Made by a program: the position numbers and the translations under genes. The notes beneath the pieces are model-generated. The model ran no database searches, was not told where the DNA came from, and saw only the letters and a program-made list of their open reading frames with translations. 64,000 bases of DNA. It comes from Dehalococcoidia bacterium. Lineage in GTDB: Bacteria > Chloroflexota > Dehalococcoidia > UBA2979. The stretch spans positions 1,984,001 to 2,048,000 of the forward strand of contig OZ244720.1 in the NCBI GenBank assembly GCA_965219085.1, written 5' to 3'. How positions within the stretch are numbered: the first letter of the stretch is position 1; every line of letters begins with the position of its first letter. Positions 48,174 to 56,768 of this stretch are shown one piece after another.

Positions 48174-49196
48174 ATGATTGAGCATCGGGTCCGGCTGCAC
48201 TCACGGCGCGAGGCGCTGCGCCTCGTCGCGCTGAGCGGCGTCGCGCTCCTCGCCGCCTGCTCGCGATCGGCTGCGCCACCAGGTGACGACGGGCGCCCCA
48301 GCGAGCCGGCGCCGCCCGTGGTCGCCTCGGCGCCCTCGCCGGCTCCGACCCCGCCAGCGACCGCGACGCCGACACTCACTCCGACGCCTACCGTCACTCC
48401 GCCGCCGCCTCGCGGCCGCGACGAAGTCGCTCTCATGGCCGGCACGGAGTGGGAGACGCCGCTGGTGGTGACACACAGCGGCGTCGAGGGCCCGACGCTG
48501 CTTGTCCTCGGTGGCGTGCACGGCAACGAGCCCGGCGGCTGGTTCGCCGCCGACGGCATCGCCGGGTGGGAGCCCGCGCGCGGCAGCCTGCTCGTGGCCC
48601 CTCGCGCGAACGTCGTCGCCATCGGGCTGTTCCAGCGCACCACGGAGGCGCTCGGCGACCTCAACCGCCTCTACCCGGGCTCACTCGACGCCGAACTACC
48701 GATGGCGCGCATGGCCGCGCACATCGTCGACGTCGCACGGCGCTACGAGGTCGACGTGGTGCTCGACCTCCACGAGTCGTGGGGGTTCTACGCCGAGCGC
48801 GGCGAGAACCAGGGGACGGCGTTCCTCGGCCAGACGATCACGACCGGGCCGGCGCGCGACCGAGTCCCCTTCGCGCGGCTCATCGCCGGGCGCGTCAACC
48901 GGGAGATCGAGGTGGAGCGCGAGCTGATGGTGCCGCGCGATTGGACGCAATGGCCCACGTCCGTCACCGACGAGGAGTTGGCCGCCGGCGCCCCCGAGGC
49001 CGCCATGGCGTCCGCGCTCGCGCGCACGCGCTGGCGGCCGGGCCGTTGGAGCAGCTCGCTGTCCCTCGGACGTATCGTGCCGGGGGTGCTCCCTGTGCTC
49101 GTCGAGATGGGGCAGGACCACCAGGCCGTCGAGCGCCGCGTCGAACTGCACCAACTCGTCGTTCAGAACACGATGGAGCTGCTGCGCATGGCGTAG
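48174..49196 (+). CDS. Tat lipoprotein, M14/succinylglutamate desuccinylase-aspartoacylase family
   Basis: SRREAL, LAAC, Pro/Thr linker, GGVHGNEPGG, DLNRLYPG, LDLHES. Confidence 0.82.
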   Translation: MIEHRVRLHSRREALRLVALSGVALLAACSRSAAPPGDDGRPSEPAPPVVASAPSPAPTPPATATPTLTPTPTVTPPPPRGRDEVALMAGTEWETPLVVTHSGVEGPTLLVLGGVHGNEPGGWFAADGIAGWEPARGSLLVAPRANVVAIGLFQRTTEALGDLNRLYPGSLDAELPMARMAAHIVDVARRYEVDVVLDLHESWGFYAERGENQGTAFLGQTITTGPARDRVPFARLIAGRVNREIEVERELMVPRDWTQWPTSVTDEELAAGAPEAAMASALARTRWRPGRWSSSLSLGRIVPGVLPVLVEMGQDHQAVERRVELHQLVVQNTMELLRMA

Positions 49197-49199
49197 CGT

Positions 49200-50138
49200 T
49201 TACGACACGACTGGAAGCGCCCTTAACAGCCCCTCGACGCCTTCACGCAGCTCGCCGATCCCGTCGTCGCCGAGCACCGCCCACGGCGCGAAGAACCACT
49301 CGTCCGTCTGCCCCTCGACGGCGTCGCGCAGGGCTTGCCCCTCAGGCGTGGTGCGGTACGCGCCACCCTCGGCGGCCACGAGCCAGCCCCGCGCCTCGAG
49401 GTCGGCGAGGGCACGCGCGTAGAACGCCGCGTCGTACCCACGGAACGCGGCGGCCGAAGCGATCGCCTCCGCCGTCCGCGCCTCGCCGGCCCAGACGTGC
49501 GAGAAGGCGTTCCACAGCCCGCCCTCCGTCGATGGATCGACGTGGGCGCTCCACGCCGCGAGGTGCACGTCGTCGCGGTAGGCGAGGCAGTCCAGCGCCG
49601 CCTCGCGGATCCGGCCGGGGAGCGGTGTGTGGGCGCTCGCGGTGCGGAAGCGGCGCTCGGCGCCCCAGCGCGCCGGCGGTTCGGGCGCGGCGAGGTTCGC
49701 CGCGGCGATCGCCGCGAGCAGCTCGTGGGTGCGCGCGAGGTCGGCGTCCGGCATCGCCACGACCGCGCCGAGGCGCGCGTCGCCGGCCTCGCCGAGCGCG
49801 CGCACCGCCTCCCGCGCGTGCGGCAACACGACGTAACGAGTGGCCATGGGGTCGCCGCCGCGTTCGACCTCCTTGAGCCAACCCCCGGCGGCGAGGCGGG
49901 CGAACTCCGCGGCGAAGCCCTCGGGCCGCGTGTACGGGTCGCGGCCCTGGGCCTCGTCGACGGACAGCGTGTCGAGGCCGATCTCGGCGTAGTCGTACAG
50001 CGCGAGCGGGATGGCGCGCTCCGCGGCGAGGGCGTCGATGGCCGGGCGCGCGACGCGCCACAGCTCGAAGACAGCCGTCTCGACGAGCGACCATGTGCCG
50101 GCGAGGGGGTGCGGGTCGTGGGTGGGTGAGGTGGTCAG
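49200..50138 (-). CDS. Hypothetical protein with two winged-helix-like repeats; probable CTG start
   Basis: The frame of ORF 49200..49847 stays open and GC3-rich up to CTG 50138, preceded by AGGA. Repeated LxxxGWL..Y..(T/L)P motifs. Confidence 0.6.
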   Translation of the reverse strand: MTTSPTHDPHPLAGTWSLVETAVFELWRVARPAIDALAAERAIPLALYDYAEIGLDTLSVDEAQGRDPYTRPEGFAAEFARLAAGGWLKEVERGGDPMATRYVVLPHAREAVRALGEAGDARLGAVVAMPDADLARTHELLAAIAAANLAAPEPPARWGAERRFRTASAHTPLPGRIREAALDCLAYRDDVHLAAWSAHVDPSTEGGLWNAFSHVWAGEARTAEAIASAAAFRGYDAAFYARALADLEARGWLVAAEGGAYRTTPEGQALRDAVEGQTDEWFFAPWAVLGDDGIGELREGVEGLLRALPVVS

Positions 50139-50148
50139 CCGGGCCGTC

Positions 50149-51477
50149 CTACGTGCTGACGCGGCGGACGATCTCGTACGTCAGCTCGGTGCCCATCTCC
50201 ATGTTGTCGAGGGTGAGGAACTCGTTGTGGGCGTGGAGACCCGCGAGCTCCTCGGCGCTGAGCAGGCAGGGGATGAAGCCGTACGCCGGGATGCCGAACT
50301 CGCGCAGGAAGCGGTTGTCGGTGGCGAACGTGGCGAGGCCCGGCACGACGATGGCGTCCTCGACGGCCGAGGTCATGGTGTCACGGATGGCGTGGAACAA
50401 CTCGCTGTCCCAGTCCGACGGGTTGGCGCCGTAGACATCACGCGCCTCGGGCTCAACCTCGACGAGCGGGTCACCGATCTGCTCGCGCACCGCTTCCATC
50501 CAGCCCTCGATGTTCTCGCCGGGCAGGAGCCGGCAGTCGAGGACGGCCTCGGCGCGCGGCGGGATCACGTTCGCCTTGATGCCCGCCTCCACCATCGTGA
50601 CGTTGAGCGTGTGCATGAACATCGCGTGCGAGCCGGGATTGGAGCGCAGCGCGGCCTCGAGGGCGCCCCGGTCGGCGGGATCGGGCAGAATGCCGGCCTC
50701 GGCGAGCCGTTCGACGAGCGCCGTCGTGCCGGGCGTGAACGTGAGGCCGCGGTCCCACTCCGCGAGGCGCAGCAATGCGCTCAGCAGGCGCACCGCCGGG
50801 TTCTCGGTCGTAGGCAGGCTGCCGTGGCCGCCGGGGCCGGTGGCGCGCAGCCGCAGCCAGGCGACGCCCTTCTCGTCGATGGTCGGCATGAAGATGCGGC
50901 CTTCACGGCCCGCGAACTCGGTGATGCCGCCGACACCCTCGTTGAGTGCGAATTCGATGCCGTCAAGGAGCTCGGGGCGGCGGCGGATGACCCAGCGGAT
51001 GCCGCGGATGCTGCCGGCCTCCTCGTCCGGCACGCCGAGGAACACCACGTCACGTCGCAGCGGGACGCCGAGGCGATGCAGCAGCAGCACCGTCATCAGC
51101 TGCATCACCGCGGCGCCCTTCATGTCGAGCGCGCCGCGGCCGTAGATGCGGCCGTCCCGCACGACGCCCTCGAAGGGCGGCATGTCCCAGGACTCCTCCT
51201 CGACCGGCACGACGTCGAGATGGTTCCCGAGCAGCAACGCGCCGCCCTTGCTGCCGTCGCCGCGCAGGCGCGTCATCACCAGCTCGCGGTTGGGGTGCGT
51301 CTCGATGTAGTCGCACTCCAGGCCCTCGGCTTCGAGGATGGCGCCGAGGAAGCGCGCCGCGGGGGCCTCGTTGCCCGGCGGGTTCGAGGTGTCGATCCGG
51401 ATGTAGCGCTGGAGGATGTCGAGCGCCTCGGCGTGGACCGCTCGCCAGTCGATCGCGCCCGCAGCCTGTTCCGCCAT
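50149..51477 (-). CDS. M20-family metallo-hydrolase (ArgE/DapE/aminoacylase-like)
   Basis: HLDVVP, GRGALDMKG, DEEAGS, NEG, GGHGS, HAHNE. Confidence 0.92.
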   Translation of the reverse strand: MAEQAAGAIDWRAVHAEALDILQRYIRIDTSNPPGNEAPAARFLGAILEAEGLECDYIETHPNRELVMTRLRGDGSKGGALLLGNHLDVVPVEEESWDMPPFEGVVRDGRIYGRGALDMKGAAVMQLMTVLLLHRLGVPLRRDVVFLGVPDEEAGSIRGIRWVIRRRPELLDGIEFALNEGVGGITEFAGREGRIFMPTIDEKGVAWLRLRATGPGGHGSLPTTENPAVRLLSALLRLAEWDRGLTFTPGTTALVERLAEAGILPDPADRGALEAALRSNPGSHAMFMHTLNVTMVEAGIKANVIPPRAEAVLDCRLLPGENIEGWMEAVREQIGDPLVEVEPEARDVYGANPSDWDSELFHAIRDTMTSAVEDAIVVPGLATFATDNRFLREFGIPAYGFIPCLLSAEELAGLHAHNEFLTLDNMEMGTELTYEIVRRVST

Positions 51478-51523
51478 CGTGTCCCGCCCGCCCGTGCTGC
51501 CGAGGTGTGCCGTCGAGGCGGCG

Positions 51524-52378
51524 CTAGAAGATGACGTTCATCAGCCGGCCGCGGTAGCGCGCCGCGAGTTCGTGCGTGTCGCCGAGCACCGCGAAGGCGT
51601 CGAGCATACGTAGCCGCCCGCCGTCCTCGTCGAGCTCGCGGTCGAGGCGCACCGTCGCGAGCAGGTGCTCGAGCGCGTCCTGCCACTCGCCCGCGACGGC
51701 GAGCACCGCGCCGAGGTGGTAGCGCGCCTCGGCGTCGTTCTCGTCGGCGGCAACGCGCGCCTCAAGGGCGGCGCGGTCCTTGCCGGCCGCCAGCTCGGCC
51801 AGGCCGATGCGGCCGAGTGCTCGCCGGGCGCGGGGGTCGTGCTCGTAGGGCGCGGCCAGCTCGCGCGCGCGCGCGGTGTCAGCCGCGTCGCCGCTCGCGG
51901 AGAGGATGTCGGCGAGTTCGAGCGCGGCATCCAGATGGTTCGGGTCGCCGGCGATCACCAACTCGAGCTGCTCGCGCGCGGCCGCGTCGTCGCCGAGGGC
52001 GCGGAAGCGCTGCGCCGCGGTCATGGCATGGTCGGCTTGCGAGGGCACGAGGATGTCGAAGAACGCCCGCACGTGCTCCTCGGGCTGTACCCCGGCGAAC
52101 TCGCTGGTGACGCCGCCGCCCTCGAAGGCCTTCACCGCGGGGATGCTCTGGATGCCGTACTGCTGGGTCACCATCGGGTTCTGGTCGATGTTGACCTTCA
52201 CGAGCTGTACGCGACCGGCGTACTCGTTCGCGATCTTCTCGAGCGTCGGGCTGAGGATGTGGCACGGCTCGCACCACGCCGCCCAGAAGTCGACGATGAC
52301 GGGCATCTGGTGCGAGCGCTGAATGACGACGTCGGTGAAGTTCGCGTCGGTGGCTTCGAGCACGGCTCCGGTGGTCAT
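51524..52378 (-). CDS. cnoX: Thioredoxin-TPR chaperedoxin (YbbN/CnoX-like)
   Basis: VDFWAAWCEPC, IQSIPAV, C-terminal TPR region ending YRGRLMNVIF. Confidence 0.85.
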   Translation of the reverse strand: MTTGAVLEATDANFTDVVIQRSHQMPVIVDFWAAWCEPCHILSPTLEKIANEYAGRVQLVKVNIDQNPMVTQQYGIQSIPAVKAFEGGGVTSEFAGVQPEEHVRAFFDILVPSQADHAMTAAQRFRALGDDAAAREQLELVIAGDPNHLDAALELADILSASGDAADTARARELAAPYEHDPRARRALGRIGLAELAAGKDRAALEARVAADENDAEARYHLGAVLAVAGEWQDALEHLLATVRLDRELDEDGGRLRMLDAFAVLGDTHELAARYRGRLMNVIF

Positions 52379-52443
52379 CGTTCTCCTCCCTCGCGCACCG
52401 CTCAGGGTAGCGCGCGCCGGGCGCTGGATCAGTCCGCCCGCCC

Positions 52444-53343
52444 TCAGTCCGCCTGCAGCTCCGCGAGGTAGTCCGCGGCGAAGCGCTGTGCCAGTTCCGG
52501 GGCATCCTCGAGCTGGCGCGGATGCAGCCCGATGATCGCGTGATTCACCCCCGACTCGCGCGCGGCGTGTAGGCGCTCGGCGGTCTGCTCCAGCCGGTCG
52601 GCCGCGAGCGCGCCGACGTTGTTCATCGCGATCATCAGCGCGGCCGGGTCGCGGCCGGCGCGCGAGGCCGCCTCGCGCGCTGGCGTCATCGCCTCCTCGG
52701 CGCGGTTGAGGTAGCCGGCGTGGGCGAGCCAGCCGTCGCCGAGCTCGCCGATGCGGCGCATCTGCTGGGGGCTGTCGCCGCCGATCCAGATCGGCAGGTG
52801 CCGCGGCGGCAGCGGGCGCGCGGTCCAGCCGTCGACGGTGTGGAACTCGGTCTCGAGGCCGTCCACCCACTCCTCGTCGAGCAGCGCGCGGATGACGCGC
52901 ACGCTCGCCTCGAAGCGGTCACCGCGGCGGTTCGTGGGCATGCCGAGGACTTCCATCTCCTCGCGCGCCCAGCCCATGCCGGCGCCGAGCAGGAAGCGCC
53001 CGCCCGCGAGGTGGTCGATGCTCGCGACCATCTTCGCCGTGTAGGCGGCGCTGCGGTAGTTGAGCACCAGCACGGAAGTGCCGAGCCCGATCGTGCTCGT
53101 CACGCCCGCGACGAACGTCAGCTCCGTCAGCGGCTCGATGATCGAGTGGTCGACGTACGTGCGGGGCGGCACGACGCCGTCGGGCGCGTACGGGTACGGC
53201 GAGCGCCACTCGCGCGGGAACATGACGTGGTCGTTGACCCACAGCGCGTCGTAGCCGGCGTCCTCCGCCGCGCGCGCATGCCGCAGCACGAGGTCGCGCG
53301 AAGCCGCTTCGCCGAGCTGTGGCAGTTGCACTCCTACCTGCAT
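52444..53343 (-). CDS. LLM-class (probably F420-dependent) oxidoreductase
   Basis: GYDALWVNDHV, EPLTEL, LGTSVLV, GRFLLGAGMGW, PIWIGG. Confidence 0.88.
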   Translation of the reverse strand: MQVGVQLPQLGEAASRDLVLRHARAAEDAGYDALWVNDHVMFPREWRSPYPYAPDGVVPPRTYVDHSIIEPLTELTFVAGVTSTIGLGTSVLVLNYRSAAYTAKMVASIDHLAGGRFLLGAGMGWAREEMEVLGMPTNRRGDRFEASVRVIRALLDEEWVDGLETEFHTVDGWTARPLPPRHLPIWIGGDSPQQMRRIGELGDGWLAHAGYLNRAEEAMTPAREAASRAGRDPAALMIAMNNVGALAADRLEQTAERLHAARESGVNHAIIGLHPRQLEDAPELAQRFAADYLAELQAD

Positions 53344-53543
53344 CACGCCTCCGTTCGCGTCGCGAGGAACGTATGGAGCGCGCGCGCCCGGCGTCAAGGC
53401 GTCCCCGCGAGCAATGCAAGCCCGAGCGCACGCCGCTACGATGCGCTCAGGCCGCACCCCGCGCTGTGGCTTCGGGCGCGCCGCGCGCACGGACCTCGCA
53501 CGCGGGCGGCAGCGCGCGGCCACCTGGGGAAGGACGGATAGCG

Positions 53544-54260
53544 ATGCACGAGGCGCTCACGGTGGAGAAGACTGGTGGGATCGCGACCTTCACGATCACG
53601 AGGCCGCGCGTCAACGCGCTCAGCCTCGACCTCCTCGAATCGTTCGCCGAGGAGTTGCACAGCGCCGCCGACGATCCCGACATCATGGTCGCGGTGTGGC
53701 GCAGCGGCCTGCCGAACATCTTCTGCGCCGGCTTCGACCTCAACGACAGCGGCCCCAGTTCGGCGCACCACATGCCCGGCGAGCGCACCGTGCGCGTGCG
53801 CAACGCGCAGACGGCGCTGCTCGACATCCCGATCCCGATCATCGTGGCCGTGAACGGGCCGGCGGTCGGGCTCGGCCTGCTCATGCCGGCGCTGTGCGAC
53901 ATCGTGGTGGCCGGGCGCAGTGCGCGCTTCGGGCTGCCCGAGATCCAGATCGGCGCCATCGGCGGCGCCGGCCATGCGCGCCGCATCCTGCCCGAGCCCG
54001 TCCTGCGCTACATGATGCTGACCGGCCGCCGCGTCACGCCCGAGTACCTCCAGCAGTGCGGCGCGATCGCGCTCGTCGTCGACGACGACCAGCTCGAGGC
54101 GGAGACGATGGCGATCGCGCGCGAGATCACGACCTACGACCCGGTGGTCGTCCGCAACAACAAGATCGCGCTGGAGATGCTGCGAGGCGTCGACGACGTC
54201 GCCACCGTGTACGCGATCGAGCACAAGTGGGGCGCGGCGATCCGCGCCTCCCGCGAGTAA
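53544..54260 (+). CDS. Enoyl-CoA hydratase/isomerase family protein
   Basis: FCAGFDL, AVNGPAVGLG, FGLPE. Confidence 0.88.
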   Translation: MHEALTVEKTGGIATFTITRPRVNALSLDLLESFAEELHSAADDPDIMVAVWRSGLPNIFCAGFDLNDSGPSSAHHMPGERTVRVRNAQTALLDIPIPIIVAVNGPAVGLGLLMPALCDIVVAGRSARFGLPEIQIGAIGGAGHARRILPEPVLRYMMLTGRRVTPEYLQQCGAIALVVDDDQLEAETMAIAREITTYDPVVVRNNKIALEMLRGVDDVATVYAIEHKWGAAIRASRE

Positions 54261-54272
54261 CGAGGAGCCTCG

Positions 54273-55508
54273 ATGCCGAAGGCCCTCGCGGGCTACCGCA
54301 TCTGCGACTTCACCGGCCAGCTGGCGGGCGCCGGGGCGACGCGCCACCTCGCCGCGTTCGGCGCCGAGGTGATCCGTATCGAGGACCCCGTGAATGAGGG
54401 GCGCTGGGACATCCTCCGCGGCCAGCCGCCGTACGTGGATGAGCGCCGCGGGATCAACCTCGGCGGTTCGTTCAACAACCACAACGTGGGGAAGCTCGGC
54501 ATCACGCTCAACCTCCGCACCGAGCGCGGCAAGGAGCTGCTGACCGAGCTGGTCAAGGCGTCCGACGTGGTATCGGAGAACTTCTCGGCAGGCGTGATGG
54601 ACCGGCTCGGATTCGGCTACGAGCAGTTGCAGGCCATCAAGTCCGACGTCATCTACGTCTCGAACAGCGGCTTCGGGAAGCAGGGGCCGTACGGCACGTA
54701 CAAGACGTGGGGCCCGATCGTGCAGGCGGTGGCCGGGCTCACGTGGACCTCGAAGCTGCGCGACCAGCCGCCGGCCGGGTGGGGTTACTCCTACATGGAC
54801 CACACCGGCGGCTACTACATGTGCATCGCCATCCTCGCCGCGCTGCATCACCGCAACGTCACCGGCGAGGGCCAGTGGGTCGACATGTCCTGCACCGACG
54901 CGGGCGCGACGCTGACCGGCCCCGCGATCCTCGACTACACCGTCAATGGCCGCCCGACGCGCCGTGACGGCCTGCCCGACTCGAACCACAACCGCTGGCC
55001 CGCGATGGCCCCGCACGCCGTCTACCCAGCCGAGGGGGAGGACAACTGGATCGCCATCGCCTGCCGCGACGAGGCGGACTGGCACGCGCTGACCGCCGAG
55101 GTCGCCGAGCCGTGGACCGCCGACCCGCGTTTCGCGACCCTCGACGACCGTATCGAGCACGAGGCGGCGCTCGACGAGGCATTGGGCGGCTGGACTGCGT
55201 CGCGCGAGGCGTTCGCCACGGCTGAGCGCCTCCGCGCGGCGGGCGTGCCCACCTCGGCGGTCGCGCGCCCCGAGGACCGCATCGACCACGACGAGAACAC
55301 GAGCGCGTGGGGGCTGTGGCCGGAGGTGCGGCAGACCGACATGGGCGCGGTGCGCGTCGATGGCGTGCCCGCGCACCTGAGCGAGACCGAATGGGAGCTC
55401 GGACGCGGCGCACCGAACCTCGGCGAGCACAACGAGGAGGTCTACGGCGGACTGCTCGGCCTCGACGTCGGCGAGATCGCGAGCCTGCGCGAAGAGGGCG
55501 TGATTTGA
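54273..55508 (+). CDS. Family III CoA-transferase, catalytic (BbsF-like) subunit
   Basis: GYRICDFT, NVGKLG, GYSYMDH; paralog of 35790. Confidence 0.92.
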   Translation: MPKALAGYRICDFTGQLAGAGATRHLAAFGAEVIRIEDPVNEGRWDILRGQPPYVDERRGINLGGSFNNHNVGKLGITLNLRTERGKELLTELVKASDVVSENFSAGVMDRLGFGYEQLQAIKSDVIYVSNSGFGKQGPYGTYKTWGPIVQAVAGLTWTSKLRDQPPAGWGYSYMDHTGGYYMCIAILAALHHRNVTGEGQWVDMSCTDAGATLTGPAILDYTVNGRPTRRDGLPDSNHNRWPAMAPHAVYPAEGEDNWIAIACRDEADWHALTAEVAEPWTADPRFATLDDRIEHEAALDEALGGWTASREAFATAERLRAAGVPTSAVARPEDRIDHDENTSAWGLWPEVRQTDMGAVRVDGVPAHLSETEWELGRGAPNLGEHNEEVYGGLLGLDVGEIASLREEGVI

Positions 55509-56758
55509 CCGGCCCGAACGCTCCGATGGGACCGATGCACGGCCTGCGCGTGATCGAGCTGTGCGAGGAGATCGGCGAGTTCGCCGGCAAGCTCCTCGCC
55601 GACATGGGCGCCGACGTCGTCAAGATCGAGCCGCCCGGCGGCTCGCGCACGCGCTCCTACGCGCCATTCCTCGACGACGTTCCGCACCCCGACCGCAGCC
55701 TCTTCTTCTGGCACTACAACACCAGCAAGCGCTCCGTCGCGCTCGACCTCGACGGCGAGGTGGGGCGCGAGGCGTTCCGCAAGCTCGTGGCCGGCGCCGA
55801 CGTGCTCGTCGAGGACCGCGCGCCCGGCTGGCTGGCGGAGCGTGGCCTCGACTACGAGGACCTGCGCGGCGGCAACCCCGGCCTGATCCACTGCGCGATC
55901 ACGCCCTTCGGGCGCTCCGGCCCGCGCGCAGGCGACCCCGCGACGGACCTCACGATCCTCGCGGGGGCCGGGCCTGCCTGGTCATGCGGCTACGACGACC
56001 ACTCGATCCCGCCCGTGCGCGGCGGCGGCAACCAGGGCTACCAGACAGGCTGCCACTGGGCGCTGATCAGCATCCTCACCGCCGTGCTCTACCGCGACGG
56101 CGGCGGCGCGGGCCAGTTCATCGACGTGAGCCTGCACGCCGCCTCGAACGTCACGACCGAGGCGGGCAGCTACCAGTGGCTCGTCGCGCGTGAGACCGTG
56201 CAGCGCCAGACCGGACGCCACGCCGGCGTGACGCCCTCGGGGCCGACGCAGGTACAGGCGAAGGACGGCGTATGGATGAACACCGGGCTGTTCCCGCGCC
56301 GCCCGCACGAGTTCCGCATCCTCATCGACTGGATGCAGGAGCTCGGCCTGTTCGACGAGTACGAGCAGTCGCCGCTGCTCGAGACGGCCGCCGGCATGGA
56401 TCGCATGCTCGATATGGCCCGCGCCGCCGAGGACGAGGAAGAAGCAGCGCTCCTGAGCGCGGGCCGTGAGGCGATGATCTTCCTCGTGCAGCGCCTCGAC
56501 GCCTACGAGTTCTTCTCGGGCGCGCAGGAGCGCGGCTTCCAGGTCGGCATCATCTACGCACCCGAGGACGTGATCGAAGACCCGCACTTCGTCGCACGAG
56601 GCTTCCCGACGGAGGTCGAGCACCCGGAACTGGGCCGCTCGTTCGTCTACCCCGGCGCGCCGTACGCCTTCCGCGGCTCGCCGTGGGCGATCACGCGCCG
56701 CCCACCACTGCCCGGCGAGCACACCGCGGAGGTGCTCGCCCAACTCGACAGCGCCTGA
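55505..56758 (+). CDS. Family III CoA-transferase, BbsE-like partner subunit
   Basis: TTGA overlap; GKLLADMGADVVKIEPP, NTSKRS, QRQTGRH; paralog of 37058. Confidence 0.9.
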   Translation: MTGPNAPMGPMHGLRVIELCEEIGEFAGKLLADMGADVVKIEPPGGSRTRSYAPFLDDVPHPDRSLFFWHYNTSKRSVALDLDGEVGREAFRKLVAGADVLVEDRAPGWLAERGLDYEDLRGGNPGLIHCAITPFGRSGPRAGDPATDLTILAGAGPAWSCGYDDHSIPPVRGGGNQGYQTGCHWALISILTAVLYRDGGGAGQFIDVSLHAASNVTTEAGSYQWLVARETVQRQTGRHAGVTPSGPTQVQAKDGVWMNTGLFPRRPHEFRILIDWMQELGLFDEYEQSPLLETAAGMDRMLDMARAAEDEEEAALLSAGREAMIFLVQRLDAYEFFSGAQERGFQVGIIYAPEDVIEDPHFVARGFPTEVEHPELGRSFVYPGAPYAFRGSPWAITRRPPLPGEHTAEVLAQLDSA

Positions 56759-56768
56759 GGACAGCACC

